DNA of 64,000 bases from Acidobacteriaceae bacterium. Lineage in GTDB: Bacteria; Acidobacteriota; Terriglobia; Terriglobales; Acidobacteriaceae. The stretch spans positions 644 to 64,643 of the forward strand of contig DATJQW010000001.1 of assembly GCA_035505395.1 (NCBI GenBank). Reading direction: 5' to 3'. The notes beneath the pieces were generated by a model. It ran no database searches and was not told the origin of the DNA. It saw only the letters and a program-made list of their open reading frames with translations. The stretch's first letter is position 1; the number at the start of each line of letters is the position of its first letter. Of this stretch, positions 1 to 10,038 are shown piece after piece. The position numbers were made by a program, and so were the translations under genes.

Positions 1-784
1 GCAGATCCAGATGCGGCAGCACCAAAATGTAGACCAGCCGCCCCAGGTCCCACGTCAGCCCCATCACCACCGCCGTCGGTAGCACCGCCCGCATCGGCAG
101 CCGCCGGTTCGGCAGCACCCAATAGATGATGAAGAACATCCCCACGCCCAGCACCGCCACCGCGATCTGCAGAAACATGTGGTGGATGAACGCGTACACC
201 ATATTGTCGGTGTGCCCGAAAAACAGCACGTCCAGGAAGCCGGTCTGCATCGTCGCCAGCACCACGCACGCCATCGCCAGCAGCCCGATCGCGAAAGCCA
301 CCCCCAGCGACACCGCCTGGTTCATCACGTACGAGCGGTTTTTCTTCACGCCCCACACGCGATTCAGCGCGACTTCCAGCGGCAGGAACACTCCCGTCGA
401 CGAGATCAGCAGCGTTACCACCGAGGCCAGCTGCACGCTGCCTCGCGGATGCGCCAGCAGGCTCATGTTCCGCACCACAAAATCCTGGTTGGACGGCAGA
501 ACGTCGTGCAGCATCCCGCCGATGGTGTCCACCATCTTCGGCGAGTGGAAAATCTGCCGCGCCAGGGTGAACAGCATCACGATAAACGGAAAGATGGAGA
601 GGATCGCGTTCGCTGCCACGCTGAAGGCGTACGTATGCACTTCGGTCTGCGTCAGATACTTCGCCAGGGCGACCACATCCGGCCACAGCCCCCGTCCGTA
701 CGGCCGGACTGGCGGTTCCGGTGCATCGGGAAGCGCCGCCGGCGCCGGCAATTCCGTCCCTTTCTGCTCGATGGCCGCGGCCAA
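1..784 (-). CDS. YihY/BrkB-family inner-membrane protein (3' end runs off the left edge)
   Basis: Absent from the ORF track because it is open to position 1. My reverse-strand translation reads ...AKYLTQTEVHTYAFSVAANAILSIFPFIVMLFTLARQIF...LLISSTGVFLPLEVALNRVWGVKKNRSY...IIYWVLPNRRLPMRAVLPTAVVMGLTWDL, colinear with the YihY paralogue at 19867-20805. Start uncertain (TTG 784 or GTG 676). Confidence 0.7.
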   Translation of the reverse strand, partial: MAAAIEQKGTELPAPAALPDAPEPPVRPYGRGLWPDVVALAKYLTQTEVHTYAFSVAANAILSIFPFIVMLFTLARQIFHSPKMVDTIGGMLHDVLPSNQDFVVRNMSLLAHPRGSVQLASVVTLLISSTGVFLPLEVALNRVWGVKKNRSYVMNQAVSLGVAFAIGLLAMACVVLATMQTGFLDVLFFGHTDNMVYAFIHHMFLQIAVAVLGVGMFFIIYWVLPNRRLPMRAVLPTAVVMGLTWDLGRLVYILVLPHLDL

Positions 785-1071
785 ATCGCCCCCTTTTATC
801 GAAATGCTAGCAGCGTTTCAGCCAGTTCCGCATTGCGGAGCCGTGAACCTCAGGCCGCCATGGCTACCCCCGCCAGGCCGGCTCCCCGGCATGCCGGGAG
901 GGCTGGGAGCGGCCGCGTCCTCAGCTTCCTGAGGGGCAACGCGCGACTAAACCGCTGTAGCAGGGCTTCGCTCCCGCTCGCAGGAGTCGCCGGCCTGCGG
1001 TTACCCCATCCGAAAGTACCGGATACTTTCGTAACATCCCGCGAATTCTCTGTTTCTTCGCAATTTTTCTC

Positions 1072-1100
1072 TTGATTTCAAAGACGTTTCCTGCCATAAC
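1072..1100 (+). promoter_or_regulatory. candidate sigma70-type promoter of the cold-shock gene
   Basis: TTGATT (1072-1077), 17 nt spacer, CATAAC (1095-1100). It would give a ~240-nt 5' UTR, as is usual for cspA-type genes. By-eye prediction only. Confidence 0.3.
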
Positions 1101-1343
1101 TGGAGGACGATTCTGATCCCCATGGGCGAGTCGTTTGGAAGGCCAGCAATAATTTTGACGTACCTGCTTGATCGCTTCTGTGGTTGTGCGGTAACCCACT
1201 GAGCTGCCCGTGACCGCCGATGCTGGGCGGGCAATGGCAGCTTTTGGTGTCTCTGAGCCTCCGGCGCTCCGGCGCCGGATCTCGGCGGCAACCTCGCCAA
1301 TCCCGGATGCGCAATAGGGACCTACAACAATAAGGAGTCTCAG

Positions 1344-1553
1344 GTGAAAGAGAATGGTGTCGTGAAGTGGTTTAATGGCGCAAAAGGCTATGGGTTCATC
1401 CAGCGGTCCAGCGGCGAAGACGTCTTTGTCCACTTCTCCGCGATTCAGGATTCCGGTTACCGCACCCTGAACGAAGGCGAAGCCGTCGAGTTCGAGTGTC
1501 AGCAGGGCCCCAAGGGGCTCAGCGCGGCCAACGTCGTCCGGAATACTGCCTGA
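1344..1553 (+). CDS. cspA: cold-shock protein (CspA family)
   Basis: 69 aa, GTG start behind AAGGAG (1332-1337). RNP1 KGYGFI and RNP2 VFVHF cold-shock-domain motifs. Confidence 0.95.
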   Translation: MKENGVVKWFNGAKGYGFIQRSSGEDVFVHFSAIQDSGYRTLNEGEAVEFECQQGPKGLSAANVVRNTA

Positions 1554-1681
1554 TCGGTCGATCTGCGGTTCAGGCGGCCTTCCCAAAGAGGCCGCTGAAT
1601 ACCCTTGCTGCTGCGGCAGGAATCGTCTCCTCCGCGGAAATCTCCGATCTTTAGCCGGTCTGCCCTCCCCGCCGAGCCGGA

Positions 1682-2824
1682 TCAGCCTTTCTCCGGCCGA
1701 AGCCGTTGTGCGGCCCAGCGCGCCGCCTCCGCGACAACCGCGTCGTCATCCTCGGCCCATCGCTCCAGGATGGCAAGGTACCGCGCCTGCCCGCTGTTGC
1801 CCATCGCAATTGCAACATTCCGCCGGAACCCCGCAAACTTCGCCCGCCGCACCGGCGATCCGTTGAACCGCCGCTCAAATTCTGACTCGTCCATTGCCGC
1901 CAGCCACTCCAGCGCCGGATTCACCAGCTCCCTGCGCGGCTCCAGCTCCGCGTCCGTCGCGATCGGCGCCCGCCGGTTCCACGGGCACACATCCTGGCAG
2001 ATATCGCACCCGAACACCTGCCGCCCGATGTCCGCCCGCAGCTCCTCGGGGATCTCGCCGCGCTTCTCGATCGTCAGGTACGAGATGCAGCGGCTCGCAT
2101 CCATCTGCCGCGGCCCCGTCAGCGCCCCCGTGGGACAAGCCTCGATGCACCGCGTGCACGATCCGCACCGGTTCGCCGCCAGCATAAACTTGTCATCCCG
2201 AGCGAAGCGCGAACCGCTGAGTCGAGGGACCTGCTGTTCTCCAACTTCCAGCGAGGTCACCACCACGCCAAGAAACAGCCACGAACCCAGCCGCTGGTTC
2301 AGAATGCACGTATTCTTCCCCACCCATCCCACGCCCGCATACCGCGCATACACCCGCTCCACTACCGGCCCCGTATCGACAAAGCATCGCGATTCAAAGG
2401 CACCTGTCTCCTCTGCCAGCCGGTCGCGCAGCCGCTCCAGCCGCCGCAGCAGAACCTTGTGATAATCCGACGGCCGTCCGCCGCGCGAGCTCCACGCATA
2501 GCGCGCAATCCAGCCTGTCCCTTGCGGCGCAGGATCGATCGACCGCGGCTCGGCCGACGCATAATTCGCCGCGCCCACAATCACCGACCGCGCCCATGGT
2601 AAAGCCACGCGCACCGACGACCGCAGCAGCTCGCCGGCCTCGTCGCGCCGCTTCAGATACTCCATCTCGCCCGCGTGCCCCGCGTCCACCCACTCCGCAA
2701 AGCGCGCGCGCTCCGCCTCGTCCTCCGGCGATCCCGGCGCAGGCACAGCCGCAATCCCCGCCGCGGCAAACCCCGCCTCGCGCGCCAGTACCTCCACCCG
2801 CTCCTGGAGCAACGTCCGACCCAT
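1682..2824 (-). CDS. queG: epoxyqueuosine reductase QueG
   Basis: Ferredoxin-type clusters CGSCTRCIEACPTGAL and FGCDICQDVCPWN, plus CISYLTIE. The track ORF (to 2968) is trimmed to the Met at 2824 (MGRTLLQERVEVLAREAGF) by comparison with the usual QueG N-terminus. Confidence 0.85.
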   Translation of the reverse strand: MGRTLLQERVEVLAREAGFAAAGIAAVPAPGSPEDEAERARFAEWVDAGHAGEMEYLKRRDEAGELLRSSVRVALPWARSVIVGAANYASAEPRSIDPAPQGTGWIARYAWSSRGGRPSDYHKVLLRRLERLRDRLAEETGAFESRCFVDTGPVVERVYARYAGVGWVGKNTCILNQRLGSWLFLGVVVTSLEVGEQQVPRLSGSRFARDDKFMLAANRCGSCTRCIEACPTGALTGPRQMDASRCISYLTIEKRGEIPEELRADIGRQVFGCDICQDVCPWNRRAPIATDAELEPRRELVNPALEWLAAMDESEFERRFNGSPVRRAKFAGFRRNVAIAMGNSGQARYLAILERWAEDDDAVVAEAARWAAQRLRPEKG

Positions 2825-3059
2825 CGCCACCCGCCTGCCCGCCTCCACCAACTTCCTTAATGTTACGAACGGATCAATCCCGTGCGCCCGATCCCGGTTC
2901 GATATTGCCCCCCCGCTCCCCTGCTCGTATACTGGCCTCATCGGGAGCTGGGTTTCAGCTTTCGGCATTCCGGCCTCCCGAGCGAGGTGCGTCTTCCGTA
3001 GTCAGGGTCTTCCGCTGACGTCTGAAGTCCCGCCATCTGCCGATACGGCCTGGCGCGCG

Positions 3060-3992
3060 GTGGTTCGCGTGCTCCGAAGTACGGCGCAATCCACACTCAA
3101 CAGCTTTTCCGCTGTACTCTTCCCCGCCGATTGCCGCGTCTGCGGCGTCCCGCTCGGCAGCTTCTCCCTTCTTCCCGTCTGTGCGTCCTGCTGGAATCAT
3201 CTTCCTCCACAACCGGGCACGCTCTGCGACCGATGCGGCGAGGCGTTGTCGTACGAACCTGATCTCACCACTGAAAAATCGCTCTGCCGCCCCTGCCGCA
3301 CGTCGGCACCGCCCTTCGAGAAGGCTGTCGCTTGGGGCCTCTACCGCGATGAACTGCGCGCCCTGCTCCACCTGTTGAAATACGACGGCATGCACCCCTT
3401 GGCGAAGCGCCTGGGCGCGCTCCTCGCCGATCCGGTACTCGCCATCTCTGATCTGCCCGCTGAGCTGGTCGTCGTGCCCGTTCCGCTCTTTGCCGGCAAG
3501 CGCCGCCAGCGCGGCTTCAACCAGTCGGAGCTCATCGCGCGTCATGCGATCCGTGCTCTCCGCCACCGCCGCACCGATCTGAACGTGCACCTGGCTCTCG
3601 ATGTCCTCGGACGTCACCGCGCCACGGAAAGCCAGGCCGGCCTCACCGCGCATCAGCGGCGCGAGAATCTCCGCGGCGCGTTCGTCGCGGCGCGCCCCGC
3701 GGCCGTTGCAGGGCTCCATGTGCTGCTCATCGACGACATTTACACCACCGGCGCCACGGCTCGCGCCTGCTCGCAGGCTCTTCGACGCGCCGGAGCCGCC
3801 AGCGTCTGCGTCGCGACCGTCGCTCGCGCGCAGAAAGAACAATGGCCGCACCGGGATTCGGCACAGCAGCACTTCGCTGCGCCCGAGATTCCTATGGAAA
3901 GGGATTTTGCTTTTTGGGATGAGGCCCGTACGGAGACCCTCCGTGGGCGCCTGAACAACAACTGGTCCGGACCGGCAATCCGGACCCGATAG
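3060..3992 (+). CDS. ComF-family protein (phosphoribosyltransferase domain)
   Basis: N-terminal Cys pairs CRVCG...CASCW and the PRTase motif VLLIDDIYTTGATA. GTG start. Confidence 0.85.
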   Translation: MVRVLRSTAQSTLNSFSAVLFPADCRVCGVPLGSFSLLPVCASCWNHLPPQPGTLCDRCGEALSYEPDLTTEKSLCRPCRTSAPPFEKAVAWGLYRDELRALLHLLKYDGMHPLAKRLGALLADPVLAISDLPAELVVVPVPLFAGKRRQRGFNQSELIARHAIRALRHRRTDLNVHLALDVLGRHRATESQAGLTAHQRRENLRGAFVAARPAAVAGLHVLLIDDIYTTGATARACSQALRRAGAASVCVATVARAQKEQWPHRDSAQQHFAAPEIPMERDFAFWDEARTETLRGRLNNNWSGPAIRTR

Positions 3993-4004
3993 CCGGGAGG
4001 ACAG

Positions 4005-4622
4005 ATGTCGGTCGCGAAGGCTGGTGTTCACGCCCGCAGACAATCGGCGGGTAAACCTCAGGATGCACGCAGCAACGACGCCGTGTGCGTCGTCACTACC
4101 GTTCAGGCCCTGCAGACTCCGGTGCTGGTGCTCAACGCTTCCTACGAGCCCATCAATATCTGCGGAGCACGCCGCGCTCTGGTCCTCGTCCTCAAGGGCG
4201 TCGCGCGCACCGAAGAGGAGCAGGGCTCCGAGCTGCACTCCGCCCGCGCGCGCATGGCCATGCCCTCAGTCATCCGCCTGCTTGAGTACCGCCGCATCCC
4301 CCATCAGACCCGCGCCCTCTCGCGCAAGAACATCCTGCTGCGCGATCGCAACAGCTGCCAGTACTGCGGCGTCATCCTGCCCTCCGCCGAGCTTACCCTC
4401 GACCACGTCCTGCCCCGCTCCCGCGGCGGACTCTCCACCTGGGAGAACCTCGTCGCCGCCTGCCACTCCTGCAACCGCCGCAAGGGCAATCACCTGCTCA
4501 GCGAAATCGATCACATGAGGCTGATCCGCGAGCCGCGCCCCTTCACCCTCCACACCAGCCGCCACATCATGCGCATGATCGGCCACTCCGACCTGAAGTG
4601 GCGCAAGTACCTCTACTACTAA
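4005..4622 (+). CDS. HNH endonuclease
   Basis: [11 protein letters not shown]-domain, then CQYCG...[10 protein letters not shown]...N...[10 protein letters not shown] (HNH/Cys4). GGGAGGA Shine-Dalgarno at 3995-4001. Confidence 0.85.
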   Translation: MSVAKAGVHARRQSAGKPQDARSNDAVCVVTTVQALQTPVLVLNASYEPINICGARRALVLVLKGVARTEEEQGSELHSARARMAMPSVIRLLEYRRIPHQTRALSRKNILLRDRNSCQYCGVILPSAELTLDHVLPRSRGGLSTWENLVAACHSCNRRKGNHLLSEIDHMRLIREPRPFTLHTSRHIMRMIGHSDLKWRKYLYY

Positions 4623-4802
4623 CTCGTCTTACCCGCCGATGCCCGGCTTTCTGCAACCCACGACCTCGATACTCCGGCCCTCGGGTGCTTTGCCCTGTTC
4701 TCACCCGTTGAGGCTGGGATCGGTAAGCATCACCCAACTCACCGGTACGGTCCGGCCTCAGTGAGCGCATCGGCGATTTCGCGCTCACCGAGATCCGCCG
4801 AA

Positions 4803-5534
4803 TCAGATGGCCGACATGCCGCCGTCGACAGACAGCTCCACCCCATTCACGAAGCTCGAATCGTCGGAAGCAAGAAACAGCGCAACCGTCGCAATTTCCT
4901 CAGGACGACCGATCTTTCCCCGCGGGATCAGCGATTGGAACATCTTCTTTGTCTCCTCGTCGATTCGCTGAGAATCCGGTGTGTCGATCACCCCCGGGCT
5001 CAGCACGTTCACGCGGATATTCCTGCCCTTTAGTTCGTTGAGCCATGTGCGTGCGAAGGAGCGCAAAGCCGCCTTGCTCGCCGAATACGCGCCGAAACCA
5101 GGAAACCCTTTCACCGAAGCAACGGATCCGGTCATGAAGATCGATCCGCCATCGCGGAACAGCGGCAACGCCTTCTGCACCGTAAACAGCGTGCCGCGCG
5201 TGTTCAGGCCGAAGGCCGCATCGAAGTGCTCCTCGGTAATCTCGCCGAGTTGGGCGGCTTCGCCCTTGCCGGCGCTCGCAAACAGGACGTCGATCCTGCC
5301 CTTTTCCCTCCTGACCGTATCGAACAGGCGGTCAAGGTCGTCCAGATTGGACGCGTCCCCGCGCACACCGGTCACGTTCCGGCCGATCACCTTCACGGCC
5401 TCATCGAGCGCCTTCTGCCTCCGGCCGGTGATGAACACATAGGCGCCTTCTTCAACGAACCGCCTGGCGCTGGCCAGCGCCATGCCGCTCGACCCACCCG
5501 TGATGACTGCAACCTTACCCTCAAGCTTTCCCAT
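4803..5534 (-). CDS. SDR-family oxidoreductase
   Basis: TGGSSGMALA Rossmann motif and catalytic YSASK. Track ORF trimmed to MGKLEGKVAVITGG (Met at 5534). Confidence 0.85.
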   Translation of the reverse strand: MGKLEGKVAVITGGSSGMALASARRFVEEGAYVFITGRRQKALDEAVKVIGRNVTGVRGDASNLDDLDRLFDTVRREKGRIDVLFASAGKGEAAQLGEITEEHFDAAFGLNTRGTLFTVQKALPLFRDGGSIFMTGSVASVKGFPGFGAYSASKAALRSFARTWLNELKGRNIRVNVLSPGVIDTPDSQRIDEETKKMFQSLIPRGKIGRPEEIATVALFLASDDSSFVNGVELSVDGGMSAI

Positions 5535-5646
5535 AACTGCCCCCTTCGGTAGCATTCCGTACAGAAGAGTAGATTTCTCTGGTGATGGACGAGAACTGCT
5601 CGCGAGTCCTGATCTTTTGTCTGTTCGTCCAAAGGAGGAGGCTGCG

Positions 5647-6675
5647 TTGGACCCGATCACCGACATCTTCCGAACCATGCACGTAACCGCTTTCGGTCAC
5701 CACAGGCTCGAAGCCACCGCCCCGTGGGGCCTGACCGGCGGCGGGCGGACCGAAGAAAAAGTCGCGCCTTCCGGCAAAAACACTCCACCCGCAGACTTGG
5801 CGCACTTCGCCATGCTTGCGCGCGGTAACTGCTGGCTGAGCGTGGAAGGGATTCCCGAGCCGATTCCCCTCACCGGGGGTGATTGCATTTTGCTGGCCCG
5901 CGAGACTTCGATTGTGTTGCGCGACAGTCTGCGAACGCGTCCGAGGTCGAGTTTCCGTGAGGTCGCGGCCACAGCCAGCAGCAATGTCGCCCACTATGGA
6001 GGCGGCGGCGCTCCGACAACCATCGTCTGCGGGTCCCTGAGTTTCGATCGCGCCAGCCTGAAGCCGGTTACGCAGTTATTGCCGAGCTTCATTCTGATCA
6101 AGGCCGATCAGGCGCAGACGCTGGCTCTTCACACCACCATGCAGGCGCTGGCGTCGGAAATGGCGGAACAGGCGCCGGGATCGGAAGTCGTCGCGACCCG
6201 GCTGGGCGAGGTTCTGTTTATTCAGGCGCTTCGGGCGCATATCGCGTCGGGAGCGGGATGGCGCAACCAGGGATGGCTGCGTGCGATCTTCGATCCTCAG
6301 ATGGGCTCTGCCCTGCGTGCCGTTCACGACAGTGTGCATGCACCCTGGACGGTCGAATCCCTGGCCGAAACGGCGGGCATGTCCCGCTCCGCATTCGCAG
6401 CGCGTTTTAAAGAGCTGCTCGGACAAACACCGCTGGAATACGTCACCGAGTGGCGAATGCAGAAGGCGATGCCGTTACTCGAACAGCGTGACAAAAAGCT
6501 GATTGACGTTGCTCGATCGGTCGGTTATGAGTCCGACGCCGCGTTCAGTAAGGCGTTCAAGCGAGTGGTCGGAGCCAGCCCTGGTGAATACCTCAAACGT
6601 GGCTTTGAAGACCAGGGTCATGCCGGAATTGACGCGAGCCGCAGGCGTTCGACGACAAAAGAAGCCATAAGCTGA
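5647..6675 (+). CDS. AraC-family transcriptional regulator (cupin N-domain)
   Basis: C-terminal HTH SLAETAGMSRSAFAARFKELLGQTPLEYVTEWRMQKA. N-terminus LDPITDIFRTMHV resembles cupin-AraC starts, so I use the in-frame TTG at 5647. Divergent from the SDR gene. Confidence 0.8.
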   Translation: MDPITDIFRTMHVTAFGHHRLEATAPWGLTGGGRTEEKVAPSGKNTPPADLAHFAMLARGNCWLSVEGIPEPIPLTGGDCILLARETSIVLRDSLRTRPRSSFREVAATASSNVAHYGGGGAPTTIVCGSLSFDRASLKPVTQLLPSFILIKADQAQTLALHTTMQALASEMAEQAPGSEVVATRLGEVLFIQALRAHIASGAGWRNQGWLRAIFDPQMGSALRAVHDSVHAPWTVESLAETAGMSRSAFAARFKELLGQTPLEYVTEWRMQKAMPLLEQRDKKLIDVARSVGYESDAAFSKAFKRVVGASPGEYLKRGFEDQGHAGIDASRRRSTTKEAIS

Positions 6676-6786
6676 CGATACGTCTCAAGATGTCTTTGGG
6701 CGGTCGGTCAGTGTGGAGGGATTTCCGGCCAAAGGCCGCTCGCCTGTTGCCTTCACGCCAAATCACTCATCGAAGTCCTTTGCCCC

Positions 6787-7671
6787 TCACTGCACCACCG
6801 TCGCGCCCGGCTGCTGCACCGCCTCCGCGTGGAACTTCTTGTAGTCGCTGTCTGTCACCCGCACGTTCGCCCGCACCCCCACCACCGCGAACGCATGCGC
6901 CGTCACAAAAATCTCCGCGCTCGTCGGCAGCCACAGCTCGTTGTTCACCAGTTTCTGGTCAAACACCAGGTTGCTCCCTTTGCTCAGCGAGAACATTCCA
7001 AAGCCCACGTGAAAATTCTCGTCCAGCCGCGCCGTCAGCCGCCGCACCTCGCGGTCCTGCTCGTCGATCCACACCGTCCCCGACATCTTCCGCGCCGCCT
7101 CTTCCGCCACTCCATGCGCCTTCGCATGCGGGTCACCCGTGAAGTCAAACGCAATCGTCGGCCGCCCGTCCAGCGTCACGCGCCGCGGGCTCGACACCCG
7201 CGCCATCGCCAGAATACGGCTCACGCTCACCACCACCTCGCCCGACGGAGCCTGTCCCGGCGGCGTCTTCTGCGCCCTCTCGATCGCCTTCATCACCCGG
7301 CCCTGCTCTTTTTGCTGCTCCTCCGCGCTGAGCGCTTTGCCATCCCTTTCCACCAGCCGCCGCACCTCGTGCGTGTTCACATAGAAGACCTCGTACGTCT
7401 CCGACTCCGTCTTCTTCACGCTCCCGTTCTTGTTCAGTTCGTCGGTCACGTCCGTTTCGCGATAGGTGTAGTTTTCCTGGATCGCGTCCATCTGTTGCTG
7501 GTGCGCCCGCACCTGCGCCATCAGCGTGGGCACGTCCGGCAGCGGACCGGTCTGCGCAGCCGCCGTCCCCGCCCAAACAATTACCCCCAGCGCCGCGACC
7601 CACCCTCTCCGGCACGAAAAAGCGCCCGAAATCGCTGCCCCATACAACATGTTTTCCTGCAAACGGATCAT
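6787..7671 (-). CDS. exported hypothetical protein
   Basis: Signal-peptide-like N-terminus ending WAGTAAAQ and high GC3 coding pattern. No catalytic motif recognised. The alternative start at 7650 has the better AGGA spacing. Confidence 0.6.
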   Translation of the reverse strand: MIRLQENMLYGAAISGAFSCRRGWVAALGVIVWAGTAAAQTGPLPDVPTLMAQVRAHQQQMDAIQENYTYRETDVTDELNKNGSVKKTESETYEVFYVNTHEVRRLVERDGKALSAEEQQKEQGRVMKAIERAQKTPPGQAPSGEVVVSVSRILAMARVSSPRRVTLDGRPTIAFDFTGDPHAKAHGVAEEAARKMSGTVWIDEQDREVRRLTARLDENFHVGFGMFSLSKGSNLVFDQKLVNNELWLPTSAEIFVTAHAFAVVGVRANVRVTDSDYKKFHAEAVQQPGATVVQ

Positions 7672-7719
7672 AGCGTAAGCTGTTGACCGATACTCCTGAA
7701 CGAAGGAGCCTCAACACCC

Positions 7720-8058
7720 GTGTTTCGACTACTGGTGAAGTGGCTGCTGCAGGCGCTTGCTCTCCTCATTACGGCGAACATTGTGCCGGGGTTCCGCATC
7801 TCCAACTTTCCCGCGGCCCTCATCGCCGTCCTCGTTATTGGACTTCTCAACGTCACTCTCGGCGCCCTCCTCAAGCTCATCACCCTCCCCCTTGCCATCC
7901 TCACGCTTGGCCTCTTCTTCCTCGTCATCAACGCATTCATCCTGAAGCTCGCCGGATCCATCGCTCCCGGCTTCTACGTCCAGACCTGGGCCGCCGCGCT
8001 CGTCGGCGCCCTCGTTCTCGCCCTCCTCAACATGCTCTTTTCACTGGTGCTCGATTGA
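7720..8058 (+). CDS. small multi-pass membrane protein (phage-holin-4_2 / DUF360-like)
   Basis: 112 aa, almost entirely hydrophobic helices (LLQALALLITANIVPGF..., LITLPLAILTLGLFFLVINAFIL...). GTG start. Confidence 0.65.
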   Translation: MFRLLVKWLLQALALLITANIVPGFRISNFPAALIAVLVIGLLNVTLGALLKLITLPLAILTLGLFFLVINAFILKLAGSIAPGFYVQTWAAALVGALVLALLNMLFSLVLD

Positions 8059-8153
8059 AAACGCCTCTGCCTTTCCCCGCGCAACGTCTTCGCGCTTCTC
8101 AGAGAGCTACGGACGCGGCTCTCACGCGCATTCACCTTCGCTACAATGACCAT

Positions 8154-8459
8154 ATGTCGTTCGACAGCCTCTCCCGCCGCCGGCAGAAATCGCCTCCCCC
8201 GGGCGAAACCGGTCAGGAAGCGCTCTACCTGCGCTCCCTCAGCGAGCGGCAGATTCCCGTCCACGTCAAGCTCCGTGACGGCGAAACCGTCAGCGGCTGG
8301 ATCGAGTACTTCGACGACCGCATGATCCGCCTCACCCGCGAAGGCAAACCCAACCTCTTCATCTACAAGCACCAGATTCGCACCATCACCGAGCACGCCC
8401 GCGATGCGCGCCGCCGCCCGCGCCGCGACGAGCCGCGCCCCGCCGAGGACTCCCAGTGA
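8154..8459 (+). CDS. hfq: Hfq-like Sm-fold RNA chaperone
   Basis: PVHVKLRDGETVSGWIEYFDDRMIRL (Sm1-like) and LFIYKHQIRTI (Sm2 YKH motif). ATG at 8154 inside the longer track ORF 7683-8459. Confidence 0.6.
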   Translation: MSFDSLSRRRQKSPPPGETGQEALYLRSLSERQIPVHVKLRDGETVSGWIEYFDDRMIRLTREGKPNLFIYKHQIRTITEHARDARRRPRRDEPRPAEDSQ

Positions 8460-9355
8460 GCGGGCCCCGCGTCCCCGCAGAACTGGAACTGGCATCTCAG
8501 GCCGCGCAGATTGCTCTTGAAGCCGGCGCTCTCCTGCGCGACTTTTTCCATCGTGGCGTAGCCACCGAATATAAGGGCGAAGTCGACGTTGTCACCGAAG
8601 CCGATCGCGCCTCGGAAAAACTCATCGCCGACCGCCTCACCACCGCCTTCCCCGGTCACGGTATCTACGGCGAGGAAGGCGCCCGCCGCCGTATCGAAGC
8701 CGAGTACCGCTGGTACGTCGACCCACTCGACGGGACCACCAATTTCGCTCACGGTTTTCCTGTCTTCTGCGTCTCGCTGGGTCTCGAGCATCGCCCTGCA
8801 GGCCTGGGCGACGGCCAGGATGGCACGCTTATCGCGGCCGTCGTCTACGATCCCACCCGCGACGAGCTCTTCTCCGCCGAAAAGGGCCGCGGCGCCTGGC
8901 TCAACGGCCGCCGCATCCACGCTTCCCGCACCGCCACGCTCTCTGAAGCCCTGATCGCCACCGGCTTTCCCAGCCGCAAACGCCACGTCAGCCCCAACAT
9001 CCACTTCTACCAGGAATTCACTCTCCGTTCCCACGGCGTCCGCCGCGCCGGCTCCGCCGCGCTGGACCTCGCCTACACCGCCTGCGGACGCCTCGACGGC
9101 TTCTGGGAGTTCCACCTCAATCCGTGGGACACCGCTGCCGGAGCCCTGCTCGTCCAGGAATCCGGCGGCGCCATCTCCCGTTTCGACGGCGGCGCTTTCC
9201 GCCTCGACAGCCGCGAGGTCCTCGTCACCAACGGCCTCATCCACAGCGAGATGACAGCGCTGTTTAATGACATGTTCGCCGGCCGCGATCTTCATCCCAT
9301 CCCCTCGCCTCAGGAATACGCTGCGGCGCGCGCAATTCGCGCAGCACACCCCTGA
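8456..9355 (+). CDS. suhB: inositol monophosphatase family protein (SuhB-like)
   Basis: WYVDPLDGTTNF and NPWDTAAG motifs. The GTG start overlaps the stop of the upstream gene (GTGA). Confidence 0.9.
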   Translation: MSGPRVPAELELASQAAQIALEAGALLRDFFHRGVATEYKGEVDVVTEADRASEKLIADRLTTAFPGHGIYGEEGARRRIEAEYRWYVDPLDGTTNFAHGFPVFCVSLGLEHRPAGLGDGQDGTLIAAVVYDPTRDELFSAEKGRGAWLNGRRIHASRTATLSEALIATGFPSRKRHVSPNIHFYQEFTLRSHGVRRAGSAALDLAYTACGRLDGFWEFHLNPWDTAAGALLVQESGGAISRFDGGAFRLDSREVLVTNGLIHSEMTALFNDMFAGRDLHPIPSPQEYAAARAIRAAHP

Positions 9356-9401
9356 ACCCTCCGCCACATTCCCGAAGTTTCCCCGTTCGGCCTCTGTCTG
9401 C

Positions 9402-9429
9402 TTGCGGCGCTCCCAGGCCCTGCTAGAAT
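9402..9429 (+). promoter_or_regulatory. candidate promoter of the ferredoxin gene
   Basis: TTGCGG (9402-9407), 16 nt spacer, TAGAAT (9424-9429). Leaves a ~130-nt leader with small hairpins. Confidence 0.35.
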
Positions 9430-9563
9430 GATCCGTTGCAAGAACAATCGGGCTGAGAGACTGAGCCGAAAATCGGCCCCGCGCGCCCTTCCGGCGCAAA
9501 GGATTTCATTGCGGTCTCGCTCTCGCGCGATTGCTTCGCATACACTGCCTCAAGAGGACCTCC

Positions 9564-9824
<261 letters not shown>

Positions 9825-9847
9825 TCGCTTCCTTCACCACTCCACCC

Positions 9848-9884
9848 GGACGCGCGGCTCCTGCTGCGCGTTCTTTCGCTTTTG
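9848..9884 (+). terminator. intrinsic terminator after the ferredoxin gene
   Basis: 8-bp stem (GGACGCGC / GCGCGTTC, one G-U pair), 10-nt loop, followed by TTTCGCTTTT. Confidence 0.5.
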
Positions 9885-10038
9885 CGACCGCAGCTCCTCC
9901 CAGCCTTGAAGCAACCCTCCCACCTCCGGGGGCGTCTCAGACGTATTGCCGGTAACTTCACCCAAATCGTCCGCTATGATTCCTACTGCCCCAAAGGTTT
10001 CCAACAGCAGACTGTCTGGAGCGCCCTCTCATGGAACA

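Noticed and set aside
921-1586. 221-aa minus-strand ORF covering the cold-shock gene and its leader
   Set aside because: It overlaps the unmistakable CspA-family gene on the opposite strand. It shows no motif and no Shine-Dalgarno.
2955-4238. 427-aa minus-strand ORF
   Set aside because: Antisense to the ComF-like and HNH genes, which have clear catalytic motifs and Shine-Dalgarno sequences. Its composition is that of a shadow ORF.
8363-9499. 378-aa minus-strand ORF
   Set aside because: Antisense to the IMPase/SuhB gene. No motif, Gly/Ala/Glu-rich.
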